Shown here: positions 8,663-23,741 of the stretch, piece by piece | Layout: each line of letters opens with the position of its first letter | Position numbering within the stretch: position 1 is the stretch's first letter | Source of the DNA: Gemmatimonadales bacterium | Lineage (GTDB): Bacteria; Gemmatimonadota; Gemmatimonadetes; Gemmatimonadales; GWC2-71-9 | Direction: 5' to 3' | Assembly: GCA_036393515.1 (NCBI GenBank) | Contig: DASWGV010000085.1 | Location: 14,782-78,781, forward strand | DNA: 64,000 nt | Position numbers and translations under genes: made by a program | The notes under the pieces: model-generated | Databases searched by the model: none | Seen by the model: only the letters and a program-made list of their open reading frames with translations | What the model was told of the DNA's origin: nothing

Positions 8663-9366
8663 CGGATGGTCCGTGGATTGAAAAAGAAGTTCACCGGCAG
8701 GAGGTCCGCTTCGAATCCCTCAGGCAGGGGCCCAAACGCGCGCGCGTTCCCGGCCGCCTCCACGGCGCCCTGCGCTTCCAGGTCGAACGCGAAGCTCCCC
8801 GAGCGCCGGGTGAACTGCACATTGCTGATGCTGCCGTCACGATGGATAAAGAACAGGACCTCCGCCTGGAGCGGGGCCTCATCGACCGGGCGGTGCCACC
8901 GCCGGTACACCTCGGCCACAATGTTCCGCAGGTACTCAGGATATCGGAACGCCACGCCGGGCACGCTGACGGTCGCGACGTCCGTGCCGGTGGACGGCGT
9001 CACGCCGGGAGCGGGCTCTTCCTTGGGCGTGGTGCGCGGCGCCGGCTCACGTTCCACGTCCGGCTGGGCTTCTCTGGGTGGGGCTTCCTTGGCCACCGAG
9101 GTCCGGCGGGGTGGCGTGGGTCGAGGCGCCGGGGGAGGCGTCCGTTCCGCGGGCCGCTCCAGAACTTCCGGCGCCCGCCGCGCGGCCGGTTCCGCCCGCG
9201 GGGCCGCGACCAGCTGCACCCGGTACACCGGCGGCACCGAACGCGCCGTGCCCGGCCGTGAGAACATCACGCCGGCCACGGCCACGTGCAGCATCAACGT
9301 CGCGGCGAACGCAAGTCCGGCCCCTTCCTGCCGGCGGCGTCGCGCCCGCGGCCGCGCCGCTCTCAC
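8659..9366 (-). CDS. tolA: TolA/TonB-family energy transducer (N-terminal anchor, Pro-rich linker, TonB_C-like domain)
   Basis: Membrane anchor LAFAATLMLHVAVAGVMF, a Pro/Glu-rich spacer and a C-terminal domain (YPEYLRNIVAEVYRRW...ISNVQF). Sits between tolR and tolB. Confidence 0.75.
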   Translation of the reverse strand: MRAARPRARRRRQEGAGLAFAATLMLHVAVAGVMFSRPGTARSVPPVYRVQLVAAPRAEPAARRAPEVLERPAERTPPPAPRPTPPRRTSVAKEAPPREAQPDVEREPAPRTTPKEEPAPGVTPSTGTDVATVSVPGVAFRYPEYLRNIVAEVYRRWHRPVDEAPLQAEVLFFIHRDGSISNVQFTRRSGSFAFDLEAQGAVEAAGNARAFGPLPEGFEADLLPVNFFFNPRTIR

Positions 9367-9791
9367 CGCTCAACCTCCTCCGACTCCGCCACCAGCCCCA
9401 CGTCGTCCACGCCCGCGCTCCGCATCACCGCCAGCACCTGCACCACGACGCCGTACTGCACTCGGAAGTCCGCCCGCAGGTACACGCCGCGCGGCCTCCG
9501 CGATGCCACCAGCGCGCCGAACGCCGCGCGAAATTCCTCGTACCGGAGCGGTGTCTGGTCCACGAAAATGCGGCCCTGGCGGTCAATGGACACCACCAGT
9601 CCCTCCTTGGACTGCAACGGCCTGGCTACTGCCTGCGGGAGCTGCACGTCCACACCGCCCTGCATGATGGGGGCGGTGATCATGAAAATGATCAGCAGCA
9701 CAAACGCGACGTCCACCAGCGACGTCACATTGATGTCGGCGGACAACGGCAGCTCGCCGTGGCCGCGCAGTCCTTCCCCACCCATGCTCAC
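9363..9791 (-). CDS. tolR: ExbD/TolR family protein
   Basis: INVTSLVDVAFVLLIIFMITAP motif typical of ExbD/TolR. 4-nt overlaps with both neighbours. Confidence 0.9.
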   Translation of the reverse strand: MSMGGEGLRGHGELPLSADINVTSLVDVAFVLLIIFMITAPIMQGGVDVQLPQAVARPLQSKEGLVVSIDRQGRIFVDQTPLRYEEFRAAFGALVASRRPRGVYLRADFRVQYGVVVQVLAVMRSAGVDDVGLVAESEEVER

Positions 9792-10498
9792 ACCCTTCCC
9801 TCACGCGCCATGGTCCCGATGATCTCGTAGGCAAACCCTTCCAGCTCCCCGGCAAACAACCCCAGTCGCGACACAAAGAGGTTGTACCCCATGACCGACG
9901 GGATGGCGACGACCAGCCCGAACACGGTGGTGACTAGGGCCGTCGCGACGCCCGGGGCGATCGCCGAGATGTTGCCCGAGCCACCCGTGGCAATCCCGAT
10001 GAACGAGTCCATGACGCCGAGCACGGTGCCGAGCAGGCCCAGCAAGGGACTCACCGAGCCGAAGGTCGCCAACCACGGTATGAACCGCGCCATCTGGTCC
10101 CGTTCCGCCGATACTTCCTTCCCCAGCACCATGCGCAGCGCTTCCAGCTGCGTCACGGTGAGCGGCGGCTGCGTGCCCTGGGTTTCCCGCAACACCCCGG
10201 GGCGCAGCTCCGAGAAGAAGTTCACGCCCTCTCGCAGCAGCCGGCCGTAGGGCGACGGCGGGAGCTTCATGACGGCGTGGTAGGCGTCCTCCAGGCGGGT
10301 GGTGCGCTCCAGCTCGGCAAAAAACCGGTTGCCCTCGCGCCGCACCCGCCGGAATTGCCACCACTTGAGCACAATGAGGAACCAGCTGATCAGCGAGAAG
10401 GCAGCCAGCACCACCAGCACGAGTTTGGTCGCCACGTTGGAGGTGGTCACCAGCTCCCACGGCGTGGTGGGAACCGCCCGGCCCACTTGCAGCATCAT
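9788..10498 (-). CDS. tolQ: MotA/TolQ/ExbB proton-channel protein
   Basis: ORF 9788..10597. The ATG at 10498 forms an ATGA overlap with the upstream stop. Three TM segments and the GLLGTVLGVM...ATALVTTVFGL motif. Confidence 0.9.
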   Translation of the reverse strand: MMLQVGRAVPTTPWELVTTSNVATKLVLVVLAAFSLISWFLIVLKWWQFRRVRREGNRFFAELERTTRLEDAYHAVMKLPPSPYGRLLREGVNFFSELRPGVLRETQGTQPPLTVTQLEALRMVLGKEVSAERDQMARFIPWLATFGSVSPLLGLLGTVLGVMDSFIGIATGGSGNISAIAPGVATALVTTVFGLVVAIPSVMGYNLFVSRLGLFAGELEGFAYEIIGTMAREGRV

Positions 10499-11442
10499 GC
10501 CACGGCCTCCTTGATCCACGCGTAGGTGCGCTGGAGACCGTCCTCGACCGTCACCTCCGGCCGCCAGCCAAGCTCTCGCTCCGCCTTGGTCACACACAGA
10601 GCGGACCGCTGCAACTCGCCCGCCCGCGGGGCGGCGTGCCGCACGTCGCCGGAGGCCCCGGCCGCGCCGATCATCACGGCGGCCAGCCGGTTCACGCTGG
10701 TCTCGACGCCGGTGCCAATATTGATCGCGACGTCATCCAGCGCGCGCGCGGCCGGCGCGGCCCATCGCGTCGCCGCCAGGTTGGCCTTCGCCACATCGCC
10801 TACGTAGACGTAGTCACGGGTCTGCTCACCGTCTCCGTACACCGTGAGGGGCTGGGCGTGCCGCAGTCGGCTCCCGAAAATCGCCACCACCCCCGCCTCG
10901 CCGTGCGGGTTCTGGCGAGGTCCATAGACATTGGAGTATCGGAGCGAGACCACTTCGAGCGGGTAGAGCTGAGCGTAGGCCATCAGGTAGAACTCCGACG
11001 CCAGCTTGCTCACCCCGTAAGGCGACACCGGGAGCTTGGGCGCCAGCTCGCTGTTCGGCAGCTGCGATCCCTCTCCGTACACCACCCCCCCGGAGGACGC
11101 GAACACCACGCGCCGCACGCCACCGCGCCGCGCGCCCTCCAACAGATTCAGCAGCCCCAGAATGTTGGTGCGCGCGTCGAACAGGGGATCATCCACCGAC
11201 ACCCGTACATCCATCTGAGCCGCATGGTGGTTCAGTACGGCAAACCCGCCTTGCTCCAGCAGCGCGCGTGCCTCCGGGGACCCGATATCGGCCTCCACCA
11301 GCCCCGCGCCGGCCGGCACGTTCTCCCTCCGTCCGCTGGAGAGATTGTCCAGGGCCACGACATCGTAGCCGTCCCGAAGGTAGGCCTCGGCCACGTGCGA
11401 ACCGATGAACCCCGCTCCACCCGTAACCAGCACCTTCGGCAT
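10495..11442 (-). CDS. NAD-dependent sugar epimerase/dehydratase (GalE-like)
   Basis: MPKVLVTGGAGFIGSH Rossmann motif, YxxxK (YGVSKLASE). GAGGAG Shine-Dalgarno about 10 nt upstream of ATG 11442. Confidence 0.8.
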   Translation of the reverse strand: MPKVLVTGGAGFIGSHVAEAYLRDGYDVVALDNLSSGRRENVPAGAGLVEADIGSPEARALLEQGGFAVLNHHAAQMDVRVSVDDPLFDARTNILGLLNLLEGARRGGVRRVVFASSGGVVYGEGSQLPNSELAPKLPVSPYGVSKLASEFYLMAYAQLYPLEVVSLRYSNVYGPRQNPHGEAGVVAIFGSRLRHAQPLTVYGDGEQTRDYVYVGDVAKANLAATRWAAPAARALDDVAINIGTGVETSVNRLAAVMIGAAGASGDVRHAAPRAGELQRSALCVTKAERELGWRPEVTVEDGLQRTYAWIKEAVA

Positions 11443-11602
11443 CAGCCTACGCTCCTCACCGGTGTGAGTGAATCGGAGGGTGGGGTCTCGCATGCGGAGC
11501 CACCTGCCCGCGCCACCTGGTTCGCGGCACGGGCGGAAGCGGACAGAAGACCGCCACCAAATGGGGGGAGGGGCCGGGAGATTGCGGCGCCCGGCCGCGC
11601 CG

Positions 11603-12805
11603 TCAGGCCGGCATCTTTCGAATCAGCCGCACCGGCTGGCCCGCCCGCACGCCGGGCCGGTAGATCTGCGTGATCAGCGCGGACGCCGACCGCTGCCGGA
11701 CATGCACGACCTCCAGCACCGCCCCACGCTCGGGTGGGGCACCGGTGGCCGGATCACCTTCGCGAATCAGCTCAAACACATCCCCAGGAACCACGCCACT
11801 CTCCCGACCCAGATCAATGAACACCACGTCCAGCTGGTTGGGCACATAGTGGAAGTCCCGGATCTCTACCACGGTTCCTGTCGCCCCGTCGGTCACCGGG
11901 ACCGCAGCCGCCGCGGGCGGAGGCGTGAAGCGCTCCAGCGGGAGTGCGACCTGCCCGTCTACCACCCGGCCGAATTGGGCCACCACCACTGCCAACACAT
12001 GTCCCTCAGTCACGTGCGTCACACGCACCACGCCACCCGGGACGACGACCCGCCCCCAGCCCACGACTTCACGCCCCAGGTGGGCTACCAACAGGGAATC
12101 GCCGACCTGATACATGGCGCCGGACGGCGGCGTGACCTCGATTTCTTCGTAGATCGTGGCCGAGGAGGTGGACGCACTACGAACCGCCGCCGACTGGCGT
12201 GCGTCCCCCAGGACTTGGGCCCAGGGCAAAGCTTCGCCCTCAGTCAGAAACCCGGCGGAATAGAACTCACCCCAGCGTACTGTGCGGTGAAGGGCGCTTC
12301 GCCCGCCGACTACGGTGGGCGGACCGCCGCGCGCAGCCCTCCCGAACACCGTCGGGGAACCCGCGTCCGCCGGTGGCGGCGGAGGAGCTGCGGCCTCCAC
12401 CATGGGCGCCTCCACTTGCGGTTGCGTGGTGTCCATGGGGGGGAGTTGCCCCGGCATTTGCTGTGGCTGCTGCTGCACCGGCGGTTGGTCCGGTGTGGGC
12501 TCCATGGGGGCGGGCTCTGCCGCCACCGGCATCATCTCTCCCAGAGCCAGCTGCTCGCCGGGGAAGATCCAATGCGGGTCTTCCACCACGAGCGTGTTCA
12601 GCCGGTAGATCTCGGGCCACATGAGCGGATCACCGAGATACAGCTGGGCGAGGCCCCAGAGGGTCTCGCCCTGCTGCACCACATGCACACGACCAGACTG
12701 AACGGTCTGCAGGGGCTCCTGGGCACCCACTGGGCCGGCCGACAACGCCAACCCCAGGCCCAGAACCCATGCTACCCTAGAACGGGAGATCGTCGTCCTC
12801 CTCAT
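11603..12805 (-). CDS. LysM domain-containing secreted protein
   Basis: Signal peptide (RSRVAWVLGLGLALSAGPVGAQE), LysM motif (HVVQQGETLWGLAQLYLGDPLMWPEIYRLN), a Pro/Gln-rich linker and two beta-rich C-terminal modules. Start uncertain: ATG 12805 or GTG 12775. Confidence 0.7.
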   Translation of the reverse strand: MRRTTISRSRVAWVLGLGLALSAGPVGAQEPLQTVQSGRVHVVQQGETLWGLAQLYLGDPLMWPEIYRLNTLVVEDPHWIFPGEQLALGEMMPVAAEPAPMEPTPDQPPVQQQPQQMPGQLPPMDTTQPQVEAPMVEAAAPPPPPADAGSPTVFGRAARGGPPTVVGGRSALHRTVRWGEFYSAGFLTEGEALPWAQVLGDARQSAAVRSASTSSATIYEEIEVTPPSGAMYQVGDSLLVAHLGREVVGWGRVVVPGGVVRVTHVTEGHVLAVVVAQFGRVVDGQVALPLERFTPPPAAAAVPVTDGATGTVVEIRDFHYVPNQLDVVFIDLGRESGVVPGDVFELIREGDPATGAPPERGAVLEVVHVRQRSASALITQIYRPGVRAGQPVRLIRKMPA

Positions 12806-13265
12806 CGAGTGCCTCCGGAAAGTCCTCGTAGGACTCCGACTTGCCGTCCGCAGCCGCGGGCTTGGCGGCTCGGGACGTGGCCACCGCCATTTCACCCTCG
12901 CCGCCGGACGATCCGCGGGGCGACAGCATGATCATCTCTCTCGCGTTGATCTCCGTGGTGTACCGGGTCTTGCCTTCCCTGTCATCCCACGTCCGGTACT
13001 CAATACGACCCTCCACGTAGACTCGGTCGCCCTTTTTCAGAAACTTCTCGGCGATGTCAGCCAGTTGCGCCCCAGCGCCCCGCGTGTTCCACAGGACCAC
13101 GCGGTGCCACTCGGTCTTTTCCTGCCGTTCTCCGGCCTGATTGTTCCACTGCCGGCTCGTGGCGATCGAGATCGTCGCGACCCGGCCCCCGTTGGTGGTG
13201 CTCCGGACCTCAGGGTCCGCCCCCAAGTTCCCGATCAGCATCACCTTATTAAGACTGCGTGCCAA
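12777..13265 (-). CDS. ssb: single-stranded DNA-binding protein
   Basis: ARSLNKVMLIGNLGADPEVR...TEWHRVVLW OB fold and an acidic tail ending DDDLPF. TTG start preceded by GGAGG. Confidence 0.95.
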   Translation of the reverse strand: MARSLNKVMLIGNLGADPEVRSTTNGGRVATISIATSRQWNNQAGERQEKTEWHRVVLWNTRGAGAQLADIAEKFLKKGDRVYVEGRIEYRTWDDREGKTRYTTEINAREMIMLSPRGSSGGEGEMAVATSRAAKPAAADGKSESYEDFPEALDEEDDDLPF

Positions 13266-13307
13266 AATGACCTCCAGAGACCTTGGGGTGGGAGCCGGAC
13301 GCCGAAA

Positions 13308-13336
13308 ACTATATGGGCTTTAAGTCCTTTTGTCAA
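13308..13336 (-). promoter_or_regulatory. sigma-70-type promoter for ssb (TTGACA-N17-TATAGT)
   Basis: Minus strand: TTGACA (13336..13331), 17-nt spacer, TATAGT (13313..13308). Lies in the only AT-rich patch of this region, about 43 nt upstream of the ssb start. Confidence 0.65.
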
Positions 13337-13361
13337 CCAAAGATACGCGATTTGTACCGAA

Positions 13362-13817
13362 TTATTCCCGACCCTCGGATTGGAGGCTCCTGGTCAGCAC
13401 CAGAGCGTCCTCTGGGGGCCGACTGTAGTATCCGCGCCGCACCCCTGACGGCCCGAACCCCAAGGCCTGGTAAAAGGCCTGGGCTGGCTCGTTCGATGCC
13501 CGTACCTCCAGGTATACCCGCTTGAGCCCGCGCGTCTTCCAGCGGTCGATCACCGTTTCCAGGAGCCGGCGCCCCAGCCCCGCTCTCCGATACTCCGGCG
13601 CCACGGCGAGGTTCAACACCTCGGCTTCATCAGCGGCGGAGCGGCTAAATAGGTATCCCACGATCCGCCCGCCAGCCTCGGCGACCAGGGCGTCGGGCTT
13701 CAGCAGGGGAAGAAAGGACCGCGCCGACCAGGGATCCGAAAACACGTCGCGCTCGATGGCGGCGACCTGCTCCAGATCAGCTTCCGCCGCGGCCCGGATC
13801 CGGAAGCGGTCTGCCAT
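13362..13817 (-). CDS. rimI: ribosomal-protein-alanine N-acetyltransferase (GNAT)
   Basis: The ATG at 13817 gives MADRFRIRAAAEADL... with the GNAT motif LAVAPEYRRAGLGRRLL. The upstream part of ORF 13362..14153 is Arg/Pro-rich junk overlapping tsaB. Confidence 0.8.
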   Translation of the reverse strand: MADRFRIRAAAEADLEQVAAIERDVFSDPWSARSFLPLLKPDALVAEAGGRIVGYLFSRSAADEAEVLNLAVAPEYRRAGLGRRLLETVIDRWKTRGLKRVYLEVRASNEPAQAFYQALGFGPSGVRRGYYSRPPEDALVLTRSLQSEGRE

Positions 13818-14511
13818 GTCGCTCCTCCCACCGGGTCTGCGCCGCGGGTGCCCTGCCATAGTCCGGCTCGGCCTCGAACGGGGCGTCCACGCGGGTGGTG
13901 GCCTCCGGTAGCGCCAACAGGTCCAGCAACGCAGCGGCGCGCGGACCACCCCAGGGGGGCCCCACCGGCGGCCGGCCGGTCCAGGCGACGACGTCGTCCG
14001 CGTACGCTCTGGCGCCGTCACCCACCGCGACGGCGGCCCTGATTTCGCCCTGCCGGAGAGCGGACGCCGTGGTGAGGGTCGGTGGAAGCACCGCTTGGAA
14101 TCCGGTCCCCGTGAAACGGTAAACCGCTGCGAAGACTTCGCCGCGCAGGGCATCGTACAGCGCCGCCACTGGGCCGTCCGCGAAGCGCGACCCGATCCAC
14201 GCCGCCCCCATCAACGACGGCACGCGCCTCAGCTCCAGCCGCGGGTGCTCGCGGAGAAACCCTTGCGCCGTGGCAAACCCAATGCGAAGCCCGGTGAACC
14301 CCCCTGGCCCGTCGCCCATGACGATGCCGTCCAGATCCTCCAACCGCCGGCCGGTGTGCCGCAGTAGGTCCATAACGGCGGGCGTGAGCGCCGCGCCCTG
14401 GCGACGCCCACCCAACACCACCTCACCTTCCAGGCCATCCGGCCCGCCCACGGCCACGCTTCCGAACGCCGTGGCCGTCTCCAGAGCCAGGAACAGGCTC
14501 ACGTTACCCAT
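13777..14511 (-). CDS. tsaB: tRNA t6A37 biosynthesis protein TsaB (YeaZ)
   Basis: The ATG at 14511 gives [21 protein letters not shown]...GDGPGGFTGLRIG. Sits in the classic tsaE-tsaB-rimI order. Confidence 0.85.
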   Translation of the reverse strand: MGNVSLFLALETATAFGSVAVGGPDGLEGEVVLGGRRQGAALTPAVMDLLRHTGRRLEDLDGIVMGDGPGGFTGLRIGFATAQGFLREHPRLELRRVPSLMGAAWIGSRFADGPVAALYDALRGEVFAAVYRFTGTGFQAVLPPTLTTASALRQGEIRAAVAVGDGARAYADDVVAWTGRPPVGPPWGGPRAAALLDLLALPEATTRVDAPFEAEPDYGRAPAAQTRWEERHGRPLPDPGRGGS

Positions 14512-14927
14512 TCCAGACTCCGCCGGTCCACGTCTCCGGTGTGCGCCAGGCGGAGATGGGCGTCGGCAACCGGGGCATGGCGACCCGCACGTTCGGGCCA
14601 TTCCAGGACCAGGAGGCGCGCGCGGGCCGCCAGGACCGCCAGGTCCAGATCCAACGCTTCTTCGGGATGCTTGAGGCGGAAGCAATCCACGTGGATCAGG
14701 GGACCCTCGGGCGACGGATACTCGTGCACCAGCGCGAAGGTCGGGCTGCGCGCGGGGCCGGCACCGGCTGAGCGGGCCAGCGCCTGAACCAGCGTGGTCT
14801 TGCCGCTTCCCAGCTCACCGCTCAGCCACACTACCCCACCCCGGGGCAGGCGGCGCCAGAGTGCGGCGGCCTCTCCTTCCATCTCCTGCTGAGACAGACC
14901 GACGCTAGCCACGCCGGCGGCCAGCAC
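14499..14927 (-). CDS. tsaE: tRNA t6A37 biosynthesis ATPase TsaE (YjeE)
   Basis: [18 protein letters not shown]-loop and [10 protein letters not shown] motif. Confidence 0.85.
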   Translation of the reverse strand: MLAAGVASVGLSQQEMEGEAAALWRRLPRGGVVWLSGELGSGKTTLVQALARSAGAGPARSPTFALVHEYPSPEGPLIHVDCFRLKHPEEALDLDLAVLAARARLLVLEWPERAGRHAPVADAHLRLAHTGDVDRRSLEWVT

Positions 14928-16941
14928 GCCGCGGACGGCGTCCTGGCGACGGCGCGGGGGCCGCGACCGCCTTTCCGCCGGCGGCTTTCAGCTCGAAGAC
15001 CTGGTCGCGCAGTTGGGCCGCCAGCTCAAAGTCCAGCTCGGCCGCCGCCTCACGCATCTGCTGCTCCAGCACGGCCAGCAACTGTTCCCGGTCCAGCGTC
15101 GCTGGCGGCGGGGACCGCCGGGCAGGCTCGGCCCGCGCGTCCGCCACGCGGGTCACCAGGCGGACTTCGGACACCGACTTCAGGATAGAGGTGGGCTGGA
15201 CCCCGTGCTCCGCGTTGTGGGCCTCCTGCAACGCGCGGCGGCGATCCATCTCGGCCAGGGCGCGTTCCATGGACCCGGTGACGCGATCGGCGTACAGCAC
15301 CGCGCGCCCCCGGACATGGCGCGCCGCCCGGCCCACCGTCTGAATCAGCGACCGGTCGGACCGCAGGAAGCCTTCATGGTCGGCATCGAGGATGGCGACC
15401 AGGGCGACTTCCGGCAGGTCCAGTCCCTCCCGCAGCAGGTTGATACCAACCAGCACGTCGAAGTCGCCCAGCCTCAAGCCCCGGATGATCTCCATGCGCT
15501 CGATGGCATCAATCTCCGAATGCATGTACCGGACTCGTACGCCCATCTGCCGCAGGTAGTCCGTGAGATCCTCCGACATCCGCTTGGTCAGCGTGGTGAC
15601 CAGCACGCGGTCCCCCGCCGCGGCGCACCCGCGGATCTCGGCCAGGAGATCGTCCACCTGGCCTCCCACCGGCCGCACCTCCACCGCAGGATCCACCAAG
15701 CCGGTGGGTCGGATGATCTGCTCCACCACCTCCCCCTGGGACAAGCCCAGCTCCAGCGCGGCGGGGGTTGCGGACACGAACAGCTGGGTGGGAACCACGT
15801 CCATGAATTCGCGGAAGTTGAGCGGCCGGTTGTCCAGGGCCGACGGCAAGCGGAATCCGAATTCCACCAGGGTCTGTTTGCGCGAGCGGTCGCCCTCGTA
15901 CATGCCGCCCAGCTGGGGCAGCGTGGCGTGGGACTCGTCCACGATGGTCAAGAAATCCGCCGGGAAATAGTCCAGCAGGCAGGCGGGCCGTTCGCCGGCG
16001 CGGCGTCCGCTCAGGTGCCGACTGTAGTTCTCGATCCCGGCGCAGGTGCCGATCTCCAGCAACATGTCAATGTCGAAGTTGGTCCGGGACTCCAGACGCT
16101 GAGCCTCCAGCAGCTTGCCCTGGCCGCGCAGCTCGGTCAGCCGGGGCGCCAGCTCGGCCCGGATGGCGCGCACCGCCCCCTCCAGCGCCGGGCGGCGCAC
16201 CACGTAGTGGCTGGCGGGATAGACGGCGCAGCGCTGGAGCTCGGCAATGGTCGCGCCGGTGAGCGCGTCAATCTTGGACACCCGCTCCACCGTATCACCC
16301 CACAGCTCGATGCGGACCGCTTGCTCCTCATACGCGGGGAACACTTCCACCGTATCTCCCCGCACCCGGAACGTGCCCCGCTCGAACGCCACGTCGTTGC
16401 GGCGGTACTGAATGCGGACCAGATCTTCCAGGATGGCATCCCGAGGCCGGGCTTCCCCCACCGCCACGGTGGTCATGAGTTGCCGGTACTCCGCGGGGTC
16501 GCCCAGGCCATAGATGGCGCTGACCGTGGCCACGATGATGACGTCCTCCCGTTCCATCAGGCTCGAGGTGGCCCGCAGGCGCAATGCCTCAATGTCCGGA
16601 TTGATGGAGGCGTCTTTTTCGATATAGGTGTCCGTCGCCGGGACGTAGGCTTCCGGCTGGTAGTAGTCGTAGTAGGAAATGAAGTACTCGACGGCGCTCT
16701 TGGGGAAGAACGACTTCAGCTCGCCGTACAATTGAGCCGCGAGCGTCTTGTTATGCGACAAGACCAACGTGGGACGGCCCCACGCCGCGATCACCTGGGC
16801 CATGGTCACCGTCTTGCCAGACCCCGTGACGCCCAGCAGGGTCTGGTAGCGCTGGCCCCGTCGGAGTCCCGCCACCAGCCGAGTGATCGCCCGCGGCTGG
16901 TCGCCCGCGGGCGCGAACGGCATCTCCGGCGCGAACGTCAC
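14905..16941 (-). CDS. uvrB: excinuclease ABC subunit B
   Basis: GVTGSGKT Walker A, DESH box, helicase motifs and a C-terminal UVR domain ([14 protein letters not shown]). Confidence 0.97.
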   Translation of the reverse strand: MTFAPEMPFAPAGDQPRAITRLVAGLRRGQRYQTLLGVTGSGKTVTMAQVIAAWGRPTLVLSHNKTLAAQLYGELKSFFPKSAVEYFISYYDYYQPEAYVPATDTYIEKDASINPDIEALRLRATSSLMEREDVIIVATVSAIYGLGDPAEYRQLMTTVAVGEARPRDAILEDLVRIQYRRNDVAFERGTFRVRGDTVEVFPAYEEQAVRIELWGDTVERVSKIDALTGATIAELQRCAVYPASHYVVRRPALEGAVRAIRAELAPRLTELRGQGKLLEAQRLESRTNFDIDMLLEIGTCAGIENYSRHLSGRRAGERPACLLDYFPADFLTIVDESHATLPQLGGMYEGDRSRKQTLVEFGFRLPSALDNRPLNFREFMDVVPTQLFVSATPAALELGLSQGEVVEQIIRPTGLVDPAVEVRPVGGQVDDLLAEIRGCAAAGDRVLVTTLTKRMSEDLTDYLRQMGVRVRYMHSEIDAIERMEIIRGLRLGDFDVLVGINLLREGLDLPEVALVAILDADHEGFLRSDRSLIQTVGRAARHVRGRAVLYADRVTGSMERALAEMDRRRALQEAHNAEHGVQPTSILKSVSEVRLVTRVADARAEPARRSPPPATLDREQLLAVLEQQMREAAAELDFELAAQLRDQVFELKAAGGKAVAAPAPSPGRRPRRAGRRRG

Positions 16942-16971
16942 GACCCGGCGGCGTGTCGCGGGATGCGCGGC

Positions 16972-19142
<2,171 letters not shown>

Positions 19143-19152
<10 letters not shown>

Positions 19153-19829
19153 CCCGCTTCCGCGAAGCTGAAGTAGCGGTCCCCCCCGACCACAACATGA
19201 TCGTACACCGGCACGTCCAGGAGGCGCCCGGCCTCCACCAGCTGCCGCGTCACCGCCCGGTCGTCCGCCGAGGGCGTCGGGTCGCCGCTCGGATGATTGT
19301 GCACCACGATCACCGAGGCCGCCGCTTCCGCAATGGCCGGCCGGAACACTTCACGCGGGTGCACCAGCGAGCTGGTCAGGGTCCCGCGGGTGACCAGCAC
19401 ATCCCGCAGCAGACAATGTTGCGTGTCGAGGGCGAGGAGGTGGAATTCTTCGACCACCAGATCTCGGAGCCCGGGTGCGCAGGCGCGGTACACCTCGACC
19501 GGAGAACGCAGGGCCCGCCGCGTCGCCCCGTTCTCCCCGTCCAGGCGACGCCCCAGCTCCAGGGCCGCGGCGATGCGCGCCGCTTTGGCGGCCCCGACGC
19601 CGACACCCCGCGCCAGCGCCGTGGCCGGACGCCGAGCCAGCTGGCGCAGGGTCCCCCCGGATTCGGCCAGGAGCGCGGAGGCCACCGCCAGGGCATCCTG
19701 CCGCCGCGTTCCCGTCCCTAGGAGGATGGCCAGGAGCTCGGCCGTCGTCAACGCGGCGGGCCCCAGGGCGAACAGACGTTCCCGCGGCCGATCGCCCACG
19801 AACGTCTCGGACAGGCGCGGCGGAGTCAT
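19143..19829 (-). CDS. radC: RadC-like JAB domain protein
   Basis: The ATG at 19829 gives MTPPRLSETFVGDRPRERL.... JAMM-like motif HNHPSGDPTPSADD. The rest of ORF 19143..20240 is an Arg/Pro-rich extension antisense to nothing conserved. Confidence 0.85.
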
Positions 19830-19865
19830 CACCGGAAGGTGGCGCCGGCGAGGACTTAGGAGTAA

Positions 19866-19902
19866 CCGAAAACGCCGCGAGAAGGGCTGGAAATCCGCGG
19901 CG

Positions 19903-19903
<1 letters not shown>
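19866..19903 (-). terminator. hairpin plus short T-run immediately after the secA stop
   Basis: Minus strand: ACGCCGCG, 16-nt loop, CGCGGCGT, then TTTCGGTT. The 8-bp GC stem begins at the stop codon. The loop is large, so confidence is only moderate. Confidence 0.4.
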
Positions 19904-23159
<3,256 letters not shown>

Positions 23160-23163
<4 letters not shown>

Positions 23164-23735
23164 CGCTCGGTGTGATAGAGCCCGTGGGCCCGAATGAAGT
23201 CCTCAACGGCGCGCGGCACCAGGTACCGGATGGACGCGCCACGGGCCGCGGCTTCGCGGATCTGCGTGGCCGATACGTCAATCCCCGGGACCGTCACCAC
23301 CGACGCGACTAAGGGGTTCGGGGGTGGCTGCGCGCCGGGACGCGTCATCACCACGATCCGGGCGAGCGTGGGGAGGACAGGAGCCTCCTGCCAGGCCGCG
23401 AGATCGCGCGCCGCGTCGGCTCCCACTATCAAGCATAACTCCGCGCCGGGCAGTTCGGCCCGGAGCTCGCGCAGCGTATCCACGCTGTACGACGGTCCCG
23501 GCCGCGTCAGCTCCCGACGATCTACCACGAACGCCGGATGGTCGGCCACCGCCGCTTCGAGCATGGAGGCACGCTGCTCGCCGGTGGCCACGTGCCCGCC
23601 GCCTTTGAAGGGCTGTTGGCCGGTGGGGACAAAGCGGACCTGGTCCAACCCGAGTCGCTCCCGCACACTCTCAGCGGCGATCAGGTGCCCCACATGCACG
23701 GGATCGAACGACCCTCCGAACACGCCGATCCGCAC
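23160..23735 (-). CDS. nadD: nicotinate-nucleotide adenylyltransferase
   Basis: [18 protein letters not shown] (T/HxGH motif) and ISATQIR near the C-terminus. Confidence 0.9.
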
Positions 23736-23741
23736 GGCCGG

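Noticed and set aside
8132-9667. 511-aa plus-strand ORF; also 24992..26035(+) and 19297..21303(+)
   Set aside because: All are antisense to well-supported minus-strand genes (tolB/tolA, the TPR genes, radC/secA) and are extremely Arg/Pro/Ala-rich.
13818-14153. Long N-terminal extensions of rimI. The same pattern occurs in tsaB (to 14685), radC (to 20240), rmd (to 37912), wbpB (to 30975), murB (to 33559), rpoA (to 40495) and namZ (to 63919).
   Set aside because: The extensions overlap the upstream gene and are Arg/Pro/Gly-rich. Internal ATG/GTG starts coincide with conserved N-termini and with ATGA/GTGA junctions.
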